Positions 34,991 to 49,300 of a stretch of DNA of 64,000 nt are shown here, one piece after another. Each line of letters starts with the position of its first letter. Positions within the stretch are counted from its first letter, which is position 1. The notes under the pieces are model-generated. The model was not told the DNA's origin and did not search any database. It worked only from the letters and a program-made list of their open reading frames with translations. Source of the DNA: Tubiluchus corallicola (taxonomy: Eukaryota; Animalia; Priapulida); assembly GCA_030141605.1 (NCBI GenBank), contig JAQGDQ010000618.1:62726-126725 (forward strand), written 5' to 3'. A program made the translations under genes and the position numbers.

Positions 34991-36763
34991 AAAAATATTG
35001 TCACGAGTACAAATATGGACGGGTGGGCCTGTGCGGGCGAGCTAGAGGGTAGATCCGTCTGAAGGGACCCCATAATTTCATTAACCTAGGACCCCACAAC
35101 GTGGCCCTGCTTCTGTCAATAAAAAATCAGTTGTGAAAATTCTATTTCGCAGGACATGCGTTTACAATTTACGTTTTGTACTGTAACCACTTACCCTAAG
35201 TGACCATTGACATCGTTTGTATGTTAAAAAGTCCAGAATCTTTTTACATAATCTCAAAACAGTAAAGCCAACAAAAATGTGGTTAATTATTATTATTATT
35301 TTTACACTGTACAATAAACAAGTTAAAGACAGCCTTACAAGGGCCCAAACCGACAGTCAGATGTTATATAAAACAAGGTTCTCTAAATAAACACAGTAAT
35401 ACACTGCTGTCATAAATCACATACAACATACATGCAATAATACATAGCATAAATACTATATACGTAGCAAAGTAAAATCTTTTCAACAGGCATAATAATA
35501 ACCTGATAACTTCCGGCATTTCTCTGTAAAACAAAGCATAAGTAGCGCCGCCCCTTGCTACAACATGCACTCTGCATAGCAGCTACATCAAATTCAACTT
35601 CTATATTTTTGCTGATTTTTTTAATGACGTGTACACCGTACACAAACACATTAATATCTTTTTTTAACAATGTAGAATATTTTGTTTGCAATTTACACAT
35701 CGTGTTAATAATACAGCTCGCAACAAAGCAATAGCAACATTGAATCATGTCTAGGTATGTACCCAGTAATTCGGCATTTAAAAAGACACAGTATGAGGCC
35801 ATTTTAAACATTCTATCCTGATTATAATTCATAACCACATACAAAGTATAATTGAGAGGAACACATGATTCGCTTGTACGACTAGACATTAGCGACATCA
35901 ACATTCGAAATTGTGCAGCACCGACAACTTGAAAATATTCGTTCTTGCGCAACATACGACAATAAAAACAAGTTGAATTCTTAGAAATGTGAAAGAAGCG
36001 TCATCGCACGTAATATTACCTAAAGCAATTTAATTTAATTTTGGAGTAAGCGTAACTTTTGGGTAAATACAGAATGGCATATGCAGTTATTTATCCAACA
36101 CCATTTTCAAATTCGTAGAAATGTTTCTCTTTTAATGCACAGCAATGCACGACACAGAAATTAAAAATAATATTTATATTTCTATTGAAACGTTCACACT
36201 TTAGCAGTCACGAGTCAACAGTATGTTTAACAATGACCGAGGTCAACTAAAAATAGAAACGGGTGTTTCAATAGCAGCAGCGGATACAGAAAAAGGGTGG
36301 GCCCAACGAAAAAGCAGCTAGGGGATCTGGGGAACCCCGGCTACCAATGCATTTTAGTGCATTTCAGACAATTTTTCTTACTATTTCCTTAAGCAAACTT
36401 AATAGTTTAAAACTCATTATGTCACCTCAAACAAAATAGCATAAAATTGCACACAGCGGTTATCTTTGCCAAAAACTTCAATTATTACTTAAAAGGCACA
36501 AACGTTTTTACACTGAAATCATTAATGCAGAACTTTTTACTCGATAGTAAGCCAATGAAAGCTACCACTAAACGTTCTAAAGCTTATAATCCAGAGAAAA
36601 TATTCACTTGGTGTGCTGTAACTGCTACGATGAAAGGGTGAGCACAGCCCCCTTGGGCCCACCCCCAAAATCCGCCACTGGATAACAATATGAAACACAC
36701 AGTGAGACACGATCACATCCCTACGATGGCACGGTCAGAATGTTAATACCGGGTGAACGTTGA

Positions 36764-37120
36764 GTATTGTGTAGAACAATGAATTCATCTTCACCACGAC
36801 CCTGTATGGTGTAGAACAATGAATTCATTTTCACCACGATCCTGTATTGTGTAGAACAATGAATTCATCTTCACCACGACCCTGTATGGTGTAGAACAAT
36901 GAATTCATTTTCACCATGATCCTGTATTGTGTAGAACAATGAGTTCATCTTCACCACGACCCTGTATGGTGTAGAACAATGAATTCATTTTCACCATGAT
37001 CCTGTATTGTGTAGAACAATGAGTTCATCTTCACCACGACCCTGTATGGTGTAGAACAATGAATTCATTTTCACCATAATCCTGTATTGTGTAGAACAAT
37101 GAGTTCATCTTCACCACGAC
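36764..37120. repeat. 40-bp minisatellite, 9 copies with alternating variants, in presumed A20 3'UTR
   Basis: GTAGAACAAT at 36771+40n. Confidence 0.95.
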
Positions 37121-37243
37121 ACCGCATTTACGAATAAAATGGAGTCGCGGATCATTCGCACATTGTTGATCAAATGTTAATGAATACGTTTCAGATCTAC
37201 GGTCACAAGCCACAGTGATGCAGTACGAGCTGTCAGTGAAAAA

Positions 37244-37330
37244 CTACGAGCTGTCAAGTAGAATTTTGTGAGCTGCACATTCAGTAGGAAGTATGACCAC
37301 ACTGACACCTGAATCTGAGCTTAATCCCTC
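37244..37330 (-). CDS. TNFAIP3: A20-like probable last coding exon
   Basis: ttgttacag acceptor, phase 0, EGLSSDSGVSVVILPTECAAHKILLDSS*; no homology support. Confidence 0.6.
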   Translation of the reverse strand, partial: EGLSSDSGVSVVILPTECAAHKILLDSS

Positions 37331-40300
37331 CTGTAACAATGACAAAAAAAACTCATGTAAGAGTCATCATTCGATTTCATTTACTTAAAGTTAATAATTT
37401 GCCATACGATCTTTTCATAGAACTCAGCAATGTAATAAGACGTTTATGAATATGAACAGAATTATGCAATTTGATACAATCTCACAATAGCAAATGACCA
37501 AAGAAAAATTTTTTAAAATAAGCTATCCATGTCATTATAAGAAGACAGAATCAATTTAGATTCAAATCTCCAAAAGAACACTGTGACCATCTAAACCTGA
37601 CTATATTTGGTCGAGTGCGGTTAGCTCATGACAATACTTGCAAATCATTGCGCTCACCTGCGACTAACTACACGTTTGGCACATGAGTTAATTAACTATG
37701 TCATATGATCACTTGATCTGGCCATGCCCACTTTTGAAAAAATACTTAATGTACATGTGCAAAAACATCTGCTACTCGGGTTTTTACCCTACAAGTTTCG
37801 TTATTCTAATTAATGTAGTTTTAGAGTTATATGGCATTACACATTCTGAACGGCAATCCAGAAATTGACCGATGTCCAGCATCGTTGATAAGGGTTACCG
37901 TTCATCAAACCACATTAAAATTCCCACTCCAGACACAACTAACCTGTAAGTTTCGTGATTCTAACCCTCTGTGTTTGTAAGTTAACATGAATTTAAAAAG
38001 TGGAAAAGTGGATGCCTAACACAATGAAATAATCAGAGCGAGAGTTCTCCTAAATCCACGATGCTGGTGCTCAAGGGTCCAAATTAGCTACAAGTACATG
38101 TATAAACTTTAGAGCTAAAGAAAAAGTAGTGATAGTACCTGAGAGATTAGCTCAACTAGTGATGTCCCTAAATGAAAATAAACCAAACTAACTTGTTACT
38201 ACTAAAATTCTAGCAGCAAATTGTACTAATTTTATCGTAGACTGAATTATATCACAGTTGCTTCAGGTTCCAAATTCTGTATTCAGAGATCAATAAATAA
38301 ATAAACATTTAAATTTAAGTTCACTTTACACTAGGCGTTATGCGGGCATATCCGAAAAAGCATAGAATAGCTTTCACTAGGTCTATCGCGACTTAATTTA
38401 TTAGTTGAAACTGATCTTTGGGCGAGGATACCAAGAGAACGGTGCAATCGAGCAATCAAAGCGAAAAACATGTTTTATGTAGATGTAGAATTACCGCTGA
38501 CTTAAGAGATGACTCGAACTTAAACTTTGGTACTATATGTGACTTGTTCAAACGTGACTTATCTAGTGTCTGCTCTTATGCAATATCAATTTTAAATTGC
38601 ATGTTATATTGTACAACTACTGCATATTTTTAATAAAATATTTCCTAAGTACTGTGTGCTGATTGTGTAAATAGTTTAGATAGTTGTGTGCAATTTTTAT
38701 TACCTTTATAGATAAGTGTTTTTACAATGCTACGATAAACTATATACTATAAACTATGCTATATACTTTAACAAGATAAGAAATAATAATGTTTAAATTA
38801 AAAAAACAAGTAATTTGAGCACTGCAAGCATTTGAAACACTTACCTTTGTGTAAAGTGCAAAACATTTTGAGCAAAGTAGGTTCAATTCTGGATCACCAT
38901 AGAAACTGCATCCGTTCACTCGACATCTAATGCCACTGGATTTCGACTTCGGCGTTCCAAGTGAATCGACGACAGTGTCTTCCCTCTTTTTAACAGGTGC
39001 TGGCGCCTGTTTGACACTCTGTTGTTCCGATACTGACAGACTAGGCAAAAAAGCCATGTTGTCAAAGTCCATGCTGAAAGGCGTGTCAACGTATGAAAGG
39101 TCTTCATTGGCTACGAATGTACTGTCAGTACTGGTGGAAGTAAAATCATCACTCCTGGCCGAAAAAGGAGAAACGACACGAACGTTTTTTACATTTTTCC
39201 TCCTACTGGGCGCCTGTGTGTCATCAGTGAAGTCAATAAGGGAAGTAGTAGAGGCGAACTCATGTTGCATCTCACTGGATAAGTGACTCTCTGTTAATGC
39301 AGATGTTCTTGCCTCTGAAAGAATAATGAAGCCTGTTTAACTAGGGCTGGATTAAGACCTCACGATGCACTAAACTCTGAAAAGATTACGGTACCCGCAC
39401 ATATGCAGTAAAAACAATACTAAACCGTAAAATGAAATTTTATGCTTTGAAATGAAAAAAAAAATTTACTTTCAGTAAGATTTATATACAGTAAATGCTA
39501 GGGTATCTGGCACTTTACACTGCATAAAAAGTAACATTAGATTAAAAATACAGAATTAACTATAAATCTTATAAAGCAGGGGAGTGCAAATTGCGGCCCG
39601 CCGAGAGAATTTGTGCGGCCCGCGAAGAGATTTGTCAACCTAATGAAAGTGCGGCCCGGGCGATTAATTGAGTGTATCCAGCTGAAGTCCGTGCCATTAC
39701 CCAAAGATACTGCGGGTAGTTTTTTCTACTAGATTGGATGCCATTAACCCTTATAAGACGGTTGTAGCTTAATGTCACTGTACTACACAGACTGTGTGAT
39801 ACCCATTACTAATATGCATTGTAATGAAATGACCACTATCTGTCCTGAAAGTAGAAATATATGGTTTGTAATATAAATTTTAATAAATTGTAAAATAGTT
39901 TCTTTAGTGTAGTAGTAATGATGTACGCAGGTCGGATGCAAAAAAATCGTTATTAGGTCCTACTATACTTGGCTCCTTGACCAAACTGCCTGTGGCCCGC
40001 AGGAATTGCGGGAATGTTTAATGTGGCCCGGTTAGTCAGATAATTTGCACACCCCTGTTATAAAGGGACAGCTATTTCGCATATCTACCGCCACGCATAC
40101 TTAACTTTTGTGTAATTATTCCATTTGAAAAAACTGTCTTTCCCTGAGGCATTAAGAACATGTTTACTGTGCTTAGTGGTGATTCCAGGGACAAGTTTAA
40201 TAGAAGGGCTATATTCGTCTGGTGATGCAAGAACCAAAAGTTATAGCACTGACTTAAATCACCTAGTTTTTCGTTTTGTTTTTACGGTTCAACTTGTGCC

Positions 40301-43300
40301 TAGTCTCTTTGCATACACGCTGTATTCTAAAATCGTTCTTAAAGCAAAACCGGACTCAATCTTAAACTGTAGGTCAAAACAATCTACTCGAAATATTGAA
40401 AGGAAACACACCATTTCTTCAAAAACGACTTACGTAAAACAATTATTACCACACAAATGCAATTTCACGTTCGCGCCACTAGTTCTTCGCTGTTACATGC
40501 ATTTCGACATACACTGCTTAGACGAGCACTAGCGCCTGCATTTCGCAAATGCATTGCACAAAAAAGGTGCTGTACCTCTCAGTTCAGATGTGTAAGTTTC
40601 TGATGAGCTGCAACACAGTTTGTGATGAGCATGGATACTTTTTAGTTTTCCTTTGTTGAGTTTTCTAAGTTTACTCTACTTGATGCAACACTAAAGACGT
40701 ACAATGGCGTCATAAATTCAACTTCAAATAGAATCAACACAAGCTGTAGATAGGTAATTGACAACACCTAATTAGTGCACTATAATACATGATATGGTAT
40801 AATATGGTATCACTATAATTTATTATTATATTATATGAGAAAAATTCATTATTGGAAGTGGGGTGTGGACAGCGGAGAGAATCGTTGAAAAGTTGGAGTT
40901 GATCGTTAAGGAGGAGGTGCTGAAAATACTTTTGCCTAGGGGAGTCAAACTACCTAGAACCCGATCCTGTATGGGACGCTTCACTTTCTTGCTACAAATA
41001 AAGAAAGTTAATAAGAAAAATTAAAATTAACTACCTCGTACTTTGCGCAGTTTTTTCAAGGCCGAGTAACAATCAATACACAATCCATTTTCCAGGCTAA
41101 CTCCGCTACTCTCACAGCCTGGTCCTATACACGTTCGTTTTCGTTCCTGTGCTGAGTCAGCGGCAGGCTTCGCTCCCTGATTCAAAAAACGAAACCTTGG
41201 CATTTGATAAATTTCTTGTACTAAACTAGCAGGTACTTTTGAAAACTCTTCCCAAGAGGGCAGCACTGATTCGCGAGCGTCCGTCTTCCACTTAGTCCTA
41301 TTTATGTCTACACCTTTGGGGGTTTCACACGAAGCGGATGCAGCGAAACTTTGATGCACATTTTGCACTTTTTCACCGTTACGCTCTGTCTGTTGTTGCA
41401 AGCTAAGCGAAGGATTAATGGAATTAGTACCAGCAGAACAAAACTGATAATAGCACAAATCACAGAATCCCTGGAATAGAGCTGTCCTAGAACAGTTTGA
41501 TTCTTGACAAGGAACGAGTTGTTTAGCACACTGTTCATTGTTTGAAGCACCATTGTTTAATAATAATTCCTTACTGACATTAAACCGTTGCACATTTGCG
41601 AATCTATCGGCACATTCGTGGCAGTACGGATATGTCCATTTGCTGCTGTAATAAGAGCAGTCCGGGGTATGACATCGACTCTCTGTTACGCTCATTTCGT
41701 AATCCGTGAAAGACGAAAAATTCACCGTTTCCCAGTCTTGCTCTTGTGACGGATTTTGTTGAATGCTTGCGGCCGTCTTAGCCGGCTCATTCGCAAGTAT
41801 GTTATAATGCAACGGTTGTTTAGTTTCGCACAGCCTCTTCAGGATTCTCAAATATGACCTCATCACGTTTAATCGTTCGCCGAGCTCGTCTGGTATTATT
41901 TGTGCGGCAAGAAATCGACACGCCAGATTGTCCGGCTGCAGCGGCACTTCGCGCACCAACAAGTACTTTTTCACGTAGCGAAGCCAGTTAGTTCTTTCAG
42001 ACGGAAGCATGAAGTGTAACGTTAACGGTTCCAAATTTGCCGTTACCAAAGGAACCGAGTATTGCGCAGACGATTTCTTTACAGCTGATGACAACATGCT
42101 TCTTGACTTGAATAGGAGTGGCACAAAATGACTTCCATTGTAACCTAGTACAACAGGAGACTTGACACATTGCTTATCATCAACTAGCAGTGGCAAGTAT
42201 ATTCCTAAAAATAAACATGATATCAATGCAGTTTACTGTAAAACAGGATAGAAAATACAGAAGGGGCCTAGCCAAGTTCTAAAGTTAGGGGCGCAGCAAA
42301 CATATGAAAAATATGTAACTATATCATTTACAGATTATATATACTATATCATTTATATAGTTATATGTAACTATATACATGTCATTTATATGTGATAAAT
42401 AAAAATTGTCCTTCCTTCTTCCTAGTGCAGTAATCACGTAGGTTATTGTGATCATGGTGATTATTGTGATCACTGTGATTACAGTGATTAATGTGATCAC
42501 GGGCTTGAATCTCCTCTACTTAATTGGTCGGGTATTGCATCCTGCTTACGATGTCGTCAGAAAATGCATCTTGTGCATGAGTCTATCGCATAAATCATAA
42601 GTATGATTTACTCTGTACATTTTGGACATATCCATCTGCCTTATAGGACGGACGTATGAATACATAACTAATAAGAAAGTAAATAACTGCTATTTTGTAT
42701 TTAAAATTAAAACGCAAAAACTTTTACAGTAAGCTTATCTTTATGTAATGTAATCTTTTGTAAAGTTTTACACAAATGCGTTATTTAATTATTTTAATTT
42801 TAAAGTGTAAAATTATAATTTTAATTTTAAAGTGCTGTCCCTTTATAAGATTTATAGTTATCTCTGTATTTTTAATCTAATGTTACTTTTTATGCAGTGT
42901 CAGATGCCCTAGCATTTACTGTAAGTAAATCTTAGTGAAAGCAATTTTTTTTCATTTCAAAAGACAAAATTTCATTTTACAGTTTAATATATCACATTAA
43001 AATAGCTAAAATAAAAACAAAATGAAACATTGTGTAAAAATGTATCATGAAAGAACTACAACAGTCTCTTTCATTTAGGCTTCATTTTTTAGCAAAGTAA
43101 TCTACAACTTTATTATAATCCACCTCACTAACCAACTCTCTAGCAACGCAGCACAAAGATAACCTAAATAATCTATCCTCGCCCACTATAGAAAGAAGGT
43201 AGGACTTCATCTGTTTCAGCTGACTAAAGGATTGTTCAGCAACCCCACAGATGAATTAAAAAATTATTGAAAAGATGCGCCAATTTTGAAAAATGTTTTA

Positions 43301-46300
43301 GGGGGAGCGGCTGCTCCGCCCATTGTAACTACACCACTGAGAAAATATCGCAGAGGTAATGACAAAACAGAGAAACTTCCAACTCTACCTGAAAAGTACC
43401 AGTTCTACCTACCTGAAAAGTAATTTGGTGCAAATGCATCTCCTTGCAAAGAGCGCACCACGTTGTCTGCCATAACTATTATGGGGCGCCGTAGGATATT
43501 AGCAAGGACGAATATGTGCAGCTCTTCTAACGGCAAGTACGGAAGACTGCTAAGCGAAGCCTGTTGTTTTTGAGGACTTGCTTGTTTCGCGACAACGTCC
43601 CATTCTTTCTTCCATTCCTAAAACAAATTGTAGTGCGAAAAGCTACATAGATACAGAATGATTTCACAGTCAATTAAAACTACATAGATACAGAATGATT
43701 TCACTGTCAATAAAATGCAACTCTAAAAACTTATTCATATGATGAGCTATTAGAATTATATGCTTACATTACACGTATACTCCAGGCCACCACAATGTAT
43801 GTCATTATCTTTTCTTTCTCTGTCAGCTTGCCATCTGACCATATACCTGCTCTCAATATCATTGACCAACGCACGATAGACTAGCGTTCTTAGCAACAGG
43901 TGGTTGTCATGGAAACCCCATATAAAGATGGAAGCAGCATGCATGAGACAATTACCATCACCTGGAGAATTAAAATATACACTGTTTAATAAATAAGACT
44001 CTCTGTAGTTGCTTCAAAATCAATGGATAAGGCAAAAAACTCCATGTTGTTCTAGAGACTGCTGCTTCAGCATGACTTGATATTTCGTTTGCAAATTCTT
44101 TAAGTTTATTTTCTCACTCTGGCTGTTACGCTAGTAAAATCCTATAACGCGCTTCGGTATAGCTCTAAACCTTAGAAACTAATTCTGTCAAGCGGTACCA
44201 GACGTTTCCATGAAGTTAAAAATGAGCACAACCCGTAAGTTCAGTTTAAAACGTTTAATTTAGTTGTCGTTCAGTTACCACTTTATAGGTGTATTTATTC
44301 AATAATAATTTTACATACGACTTCTAAACATTTTGTTATATACTATATAGTATATAATACAAAAATTCTGCAGTCTGAAAAGATGGAAACAATTGTCGTG
44401 TGTGTCCCATTAGTATTAATTAACATAAATTTTACCTACAAATAACAAGTTCCATCAAGAATTTTTAAATTGTGAAACTTTTTTGTGCAAATCCTCTCAA
44501 AAAGGGCGAGCCATTTGGGGTAAGTAAAAATATAAATACCTGTCCTAAAAAACTAAATTCATATGCAGGTAACTGTGATAGGGGGTACCTGAAGAAGTTT
44601 TAGTACCTGAAAACAGTTTTCTGGCAGAGAATTCCACAGATAAGACACCCGAGGAAAAAACTAGATTTATAAGCAGTTGTTTTGCATCTCATGTCAATAG
44701 GTATATACAGGGTGCATAAGATTATGGATATGTACAAAATAAATAAAATAGCTTATTTTATGGATTTTTGAAATTTTATTTTATGGATATCAATAAAATA
44801 AGAAATAGACTATATCTGGAACGAGATGCCCAGGCGGAAATCAATTAAAAAGTAAAAACAGGAGGCCTGAAACGTGTTTTTAAACACGCAGGACTTAGTT
44901 TTAATTTTATCGGTTTCGTATCACTTCAACTTTAATCAAATTTTACGAGACAATGCCTTGTAATTCACCACTTCAGTTCAAATTAATTCATCTATTTGGT
45001 ACGAAATGTAGAATGACCTCTAGGCTGAAGTTTCCGATCCAATGCCTGTATTCAGTTTTGATTGCCTTATTTTGTACAAAAAATCACAAAAAATAGTTTT
45101 TTATTTTATGCATTTCTTATTTTATGGATTTTTCAAATTTTATTTTATGGATTTTTGGTCTTATTTTATGGATATCCATAATCTTATGCAGCCTGGCTAT
45201 ATACAATTGTTAACTTCACTTTCTTCCTTTTAAAACAGTTTTATTATTTTCATTTCACTTAGCACATAATAGACGCGAGGTCGCAACATATACAAAAGAA
45301 AATTTACGTCATAAATCTGGGATTTTTCTTTCATTTTCCTTTCTAATAAAGATATGAAAACCTACACTCCGTTCAACTATTCAATTTCTCTTTCAATTGA
45401 GCCGTGTTGCAGTGAACTTAATGAAAAACAGTCTCGAGAACGCTCGCGGAAAATTTCCCAGAGCTTGATGGATTTTACCCGACAATGAAAGCGGCTCATT
45501 AAGATAATGGATTTCCCCGTTTGCAGAGAATTATGGGAAGTTCTGGTCACGTGATCACAGAAAATTTTCACGTGACAAGATAGCAGTAAGACATTATCAG
45601 CTTACTCGAAGCTCACAAGTTTTTGAGAATAGAGAGATTTCTTTGCAAACAAAAATTAGAATATTCTCAGCCTTTGTACTTGAAACTGTATTTCTATAGA
45701 ACTCTGAACTCTGGACATTAAAAGCAAATCATAAAGCTAAAATTGATGCGTTTCAAAAGCGAAATTTCAGAAACATTTTCTGTATCAGATGGCCAAAAAA
45801 TCTCAAATAAAGATCTACATGAAAAAATAAAGAACTTCCGACATGCAAAATTAGAAGACGCTGTTCAAGATGAATTGGGCATATGCTTAGACTACCTGAT
45901 GATATTCCAGTGAAGATAGCTCTTCAACAAGCCATAGAACCAGCTAAAAAACTGCAGGGGGACAAATGTTAACATAATTAGATTTTGCACAGAAAGATTT
46001 AATCACTACAGCACTGATCCGTAGAGATAAATCCACTTGGGGCATTGCAGCGAGTAGGGAGTCCTGGCATCAGGAAGTGACCAGAATCATGTCCCTGGAC
46101 GTATGATTCATCTAGTAAGACTGATAACGACATTTTCTATTCAACAAGGAAACAGACTGGAAACCTAATTATAAAACGCAAAAGCAACTCACATTTCTAC
46201 GTATCAGTAACAATGAATAATAGCTAAGCATTCACAAGTAGACACAGTTGCCTACTACACAAAATGCTAATTTTATTTGTCTAGTTTTTAGTGTCTTTAC

Positions 46301-49300
46301 GGTTGGTTATAAATCCAGCTTTTCCCCGGACCTCTTATATGTGTAATTATTATTCATCAGAAAACTGTTTTTTATTAACTGCGATTAACCCCAGGTCCCC
46401 AGGCCGCTCTATCGGTAGCATATTATTATTATCATTATCATTATTGTTTCGAAATTGCAGTACAAATTTCAATTTGTTAGTACGTAGCATAAAAAATACG
46501 AATATTAACACATTGTAACAACTTAAACAAAAAGGCACAATAAATAATATAGCAGTTCATCAAGGGAGTACAATAAAAATAATTTATTACTTAATTTTGA
46601 CATTCTAGTACCAGATTAAGTTCATTTCTGCTCAAAAATTCAAAATATTTTCGCTCGAGTGCATTCACAATAACTTTCGCAAAGAACACACGACAATTCT
46701 GCTCATTTGTCACATTTTGTAAGCACACATAGAGACAATCTGTCTTACATGCGAAATTGCACTTTTAGCATTACACACATTGTGATTGTTGTATTTGTAT
46801 CTCAAGAGTTGTGAGTTATAACCAAAAGTAGAGTTTGCAGAATTAATTGGACGTTTTAGAAAAAAGTTTACGAAACAGTTTTGACTAGCAAGACACGTTG
46901 CATAAAATTCAGCAAATCTAATATTAATCCGGTAACTAGGTGGTATAATTCTGTTAATATGCGGTAGTATATATCTGCAAGTAAGATACGGTAAGTGTCA
47001 TAACTTCCTAACGCCAATATTCCAGGCTTCCTAACACCAATATATAGCTACATTAGTTGTATTTTTTCTACTTGTATTCAGACAGGCGATTTGGTACAAA
47101 AAACTCAAAGATAAAAGTTTCTAGACATGTTTCTTAATTACACTTGACATTTCACTTTAATTTAATGCAATAAAACTATTTTTCAAGACATGTTTTCTTA
47201 ATTAAACTTGACATTTCACTTTAATTTAATGCAACTAAACTATTTTTCAAGGCATGTTTCTTAATCACACTTGACACTTCACTTTGATCTAATGCAACTT
47301 AAACTATTTTTCAAACATGATCTGAATATTTTGGACTATTTTATGACCATTCGAGGTGGCTTATGAATGCGACTACCCTGGCAGAGCGCATAACCTTGAC
47401 GGCTCCTACAACGCGCGTTTATTATAGTAACAGTACAATAGCAGCTAGCTCGGGAAATCCCCACAAACTATTTGAGCTTTGCAATCGATAATCAAGTCTG
47501 CGCCGCGTGCATCAGAGCAGAATCAGCTGACTGAGTTCCACACGGGAAATTCCCAATTCCTAATAGAATCGTTAACCTCCAAATAGTCGCTGTAAACTAC
47601 GTATATCTCTCAGTAAACATTGTAGTGATGACAATCCAAAACGGTAATTTACCCTGATAAGCTTTTTGCCTCCCCGTCTCTCTTCTATTTCATTTTTTGT
47701 TTGCGTTCGAAGTGTAAACATTAGAGATAAGTAAACTTTTCATAATAATAAACAGTATTTACTTTGCATAGCGTCAAAACCTATGCAAATAAGCTAAAGG
47801 TTGCACTGTCAAAGACGCTTCTGTTAAAAAATATCTAAAATTATCTAGACACAATACGTACTTGTTACTAATGAAAAATTGTGACCAAAAGCGGTAGTTA
47901 TTACACGATGCCTATTGTTACTATTCCGGAAAGTGCGTTATACAATGATACAGGGTTCTCACACAATTCTAGAATGAATTTTCCTGACTTTTCCTTGACC
48001 AAATATTGATTTTCCATGACCAAGGTAAGCAGAAATTGTATTACCAGTGCATATATTCAAACATTTCAGCATGTATGTGTCAGCACAGTGCCAATGGTGC
48101 TAATGAAATTATACTAATCACATTAAATGAACTTTCTTAATCCAATCATTACTTTTGAAACAGAAATCGAAAGTTGGAGTCCGCATAACAACATTTTAAT
48201 TGAACATAAATCGGTTAAAAATATGTTTGGAAAAATATCGGCTCACGGTGATTACTTCTGCAACCCTTTCAAATTTACCTGACTTTTTGCCGCATTTTCA
48301 TCATTTTCACTGACTCTTCATCAAATCATCTTTTCCCCTAACTTTCCCATGACTTTCCAGGATAGCGTGTGTTTTCAAGGATTTTCCCTGACTTTGGAAA
48401 CCTTGATGATGAATTTCATGATTCACAATGATGGCTTTCATGATACATAACATGTATAAGGTAGCGTGATAGTGTTTTACTTGTCTCATTGCACAAATTT
48501 TTCGTATTATAGTTTTAAACATATAAAAGTCGCTTATATTAAAGCATGCTTTTTAAACAAACTTTTGATTTCTCTGCCAGAATCATGTGTCTTAATCTCG
48601 CATTCCTTATTTTGACGCTATTTAGCGGATAAATATTTGCGTCTTTTTGATAGTTATAACAGTTTGATAAGTGAAATTTTTAACAGTGATTGTATTTTTT
48701 ATCTAAAATTTATCAATATAAGCTATATATACAGAAAACATCTATTAAATCTAAATCTTTAATCTTGTACATGTATTTTTGCCAAATTTTGTTAAGGTAA
48801 TATTTTATTATGTACCATAATAAAATAAATAATTTATTATGGTGGTATTTTACGTGTGTATGATGCGGTAGCTACTGTATATATGTTTTATTGTATGTGT
48901 ATGCTAACATTATAGATTTTACCTGAAACAAAGTGAATCTTGTCCTTTATATCCTTTTCTAGCTATTTATAAGCATTTACTGAATGTAGGAAAGTTTTGT
49001 ACAACTATGCTTGACACTGGCAACCTTGATACAGGTAAATTTAGTACCAGGAAAATCTATTACAGGGAATATTTGATAAAATGAAAATATGGTAGCAGGG
49101 ATGTTTAATACTCATAATATGTAACACACGGAAATTTTGGTACCGAGAAAATTTCGTATTAATAAACTTAGGCACAGCAAAGTTTGGTAGTAAACAGAAA
49201 ATACAGCTATACATCATTACAAAATTAATTGCAACGACAACAGCTCAAATGTAACAGCGATGATAATGACAATGCTGAAGACGATGACTATGAACACAAG

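Noticed and set aside
36112-36120. Roquin CDE-like TTCTACGAA on minus strand in presumed A20 3'UTR
   Set aside because: Only a 3-bp stem before a mismatch, and the UTR extent is unknown
40576-40664. Extra A20-like exon (AG...GT bounded, one open frame)
   Set aside because: 89 nt with incompatible entry phase; exons 4 and 5 join in frame without it
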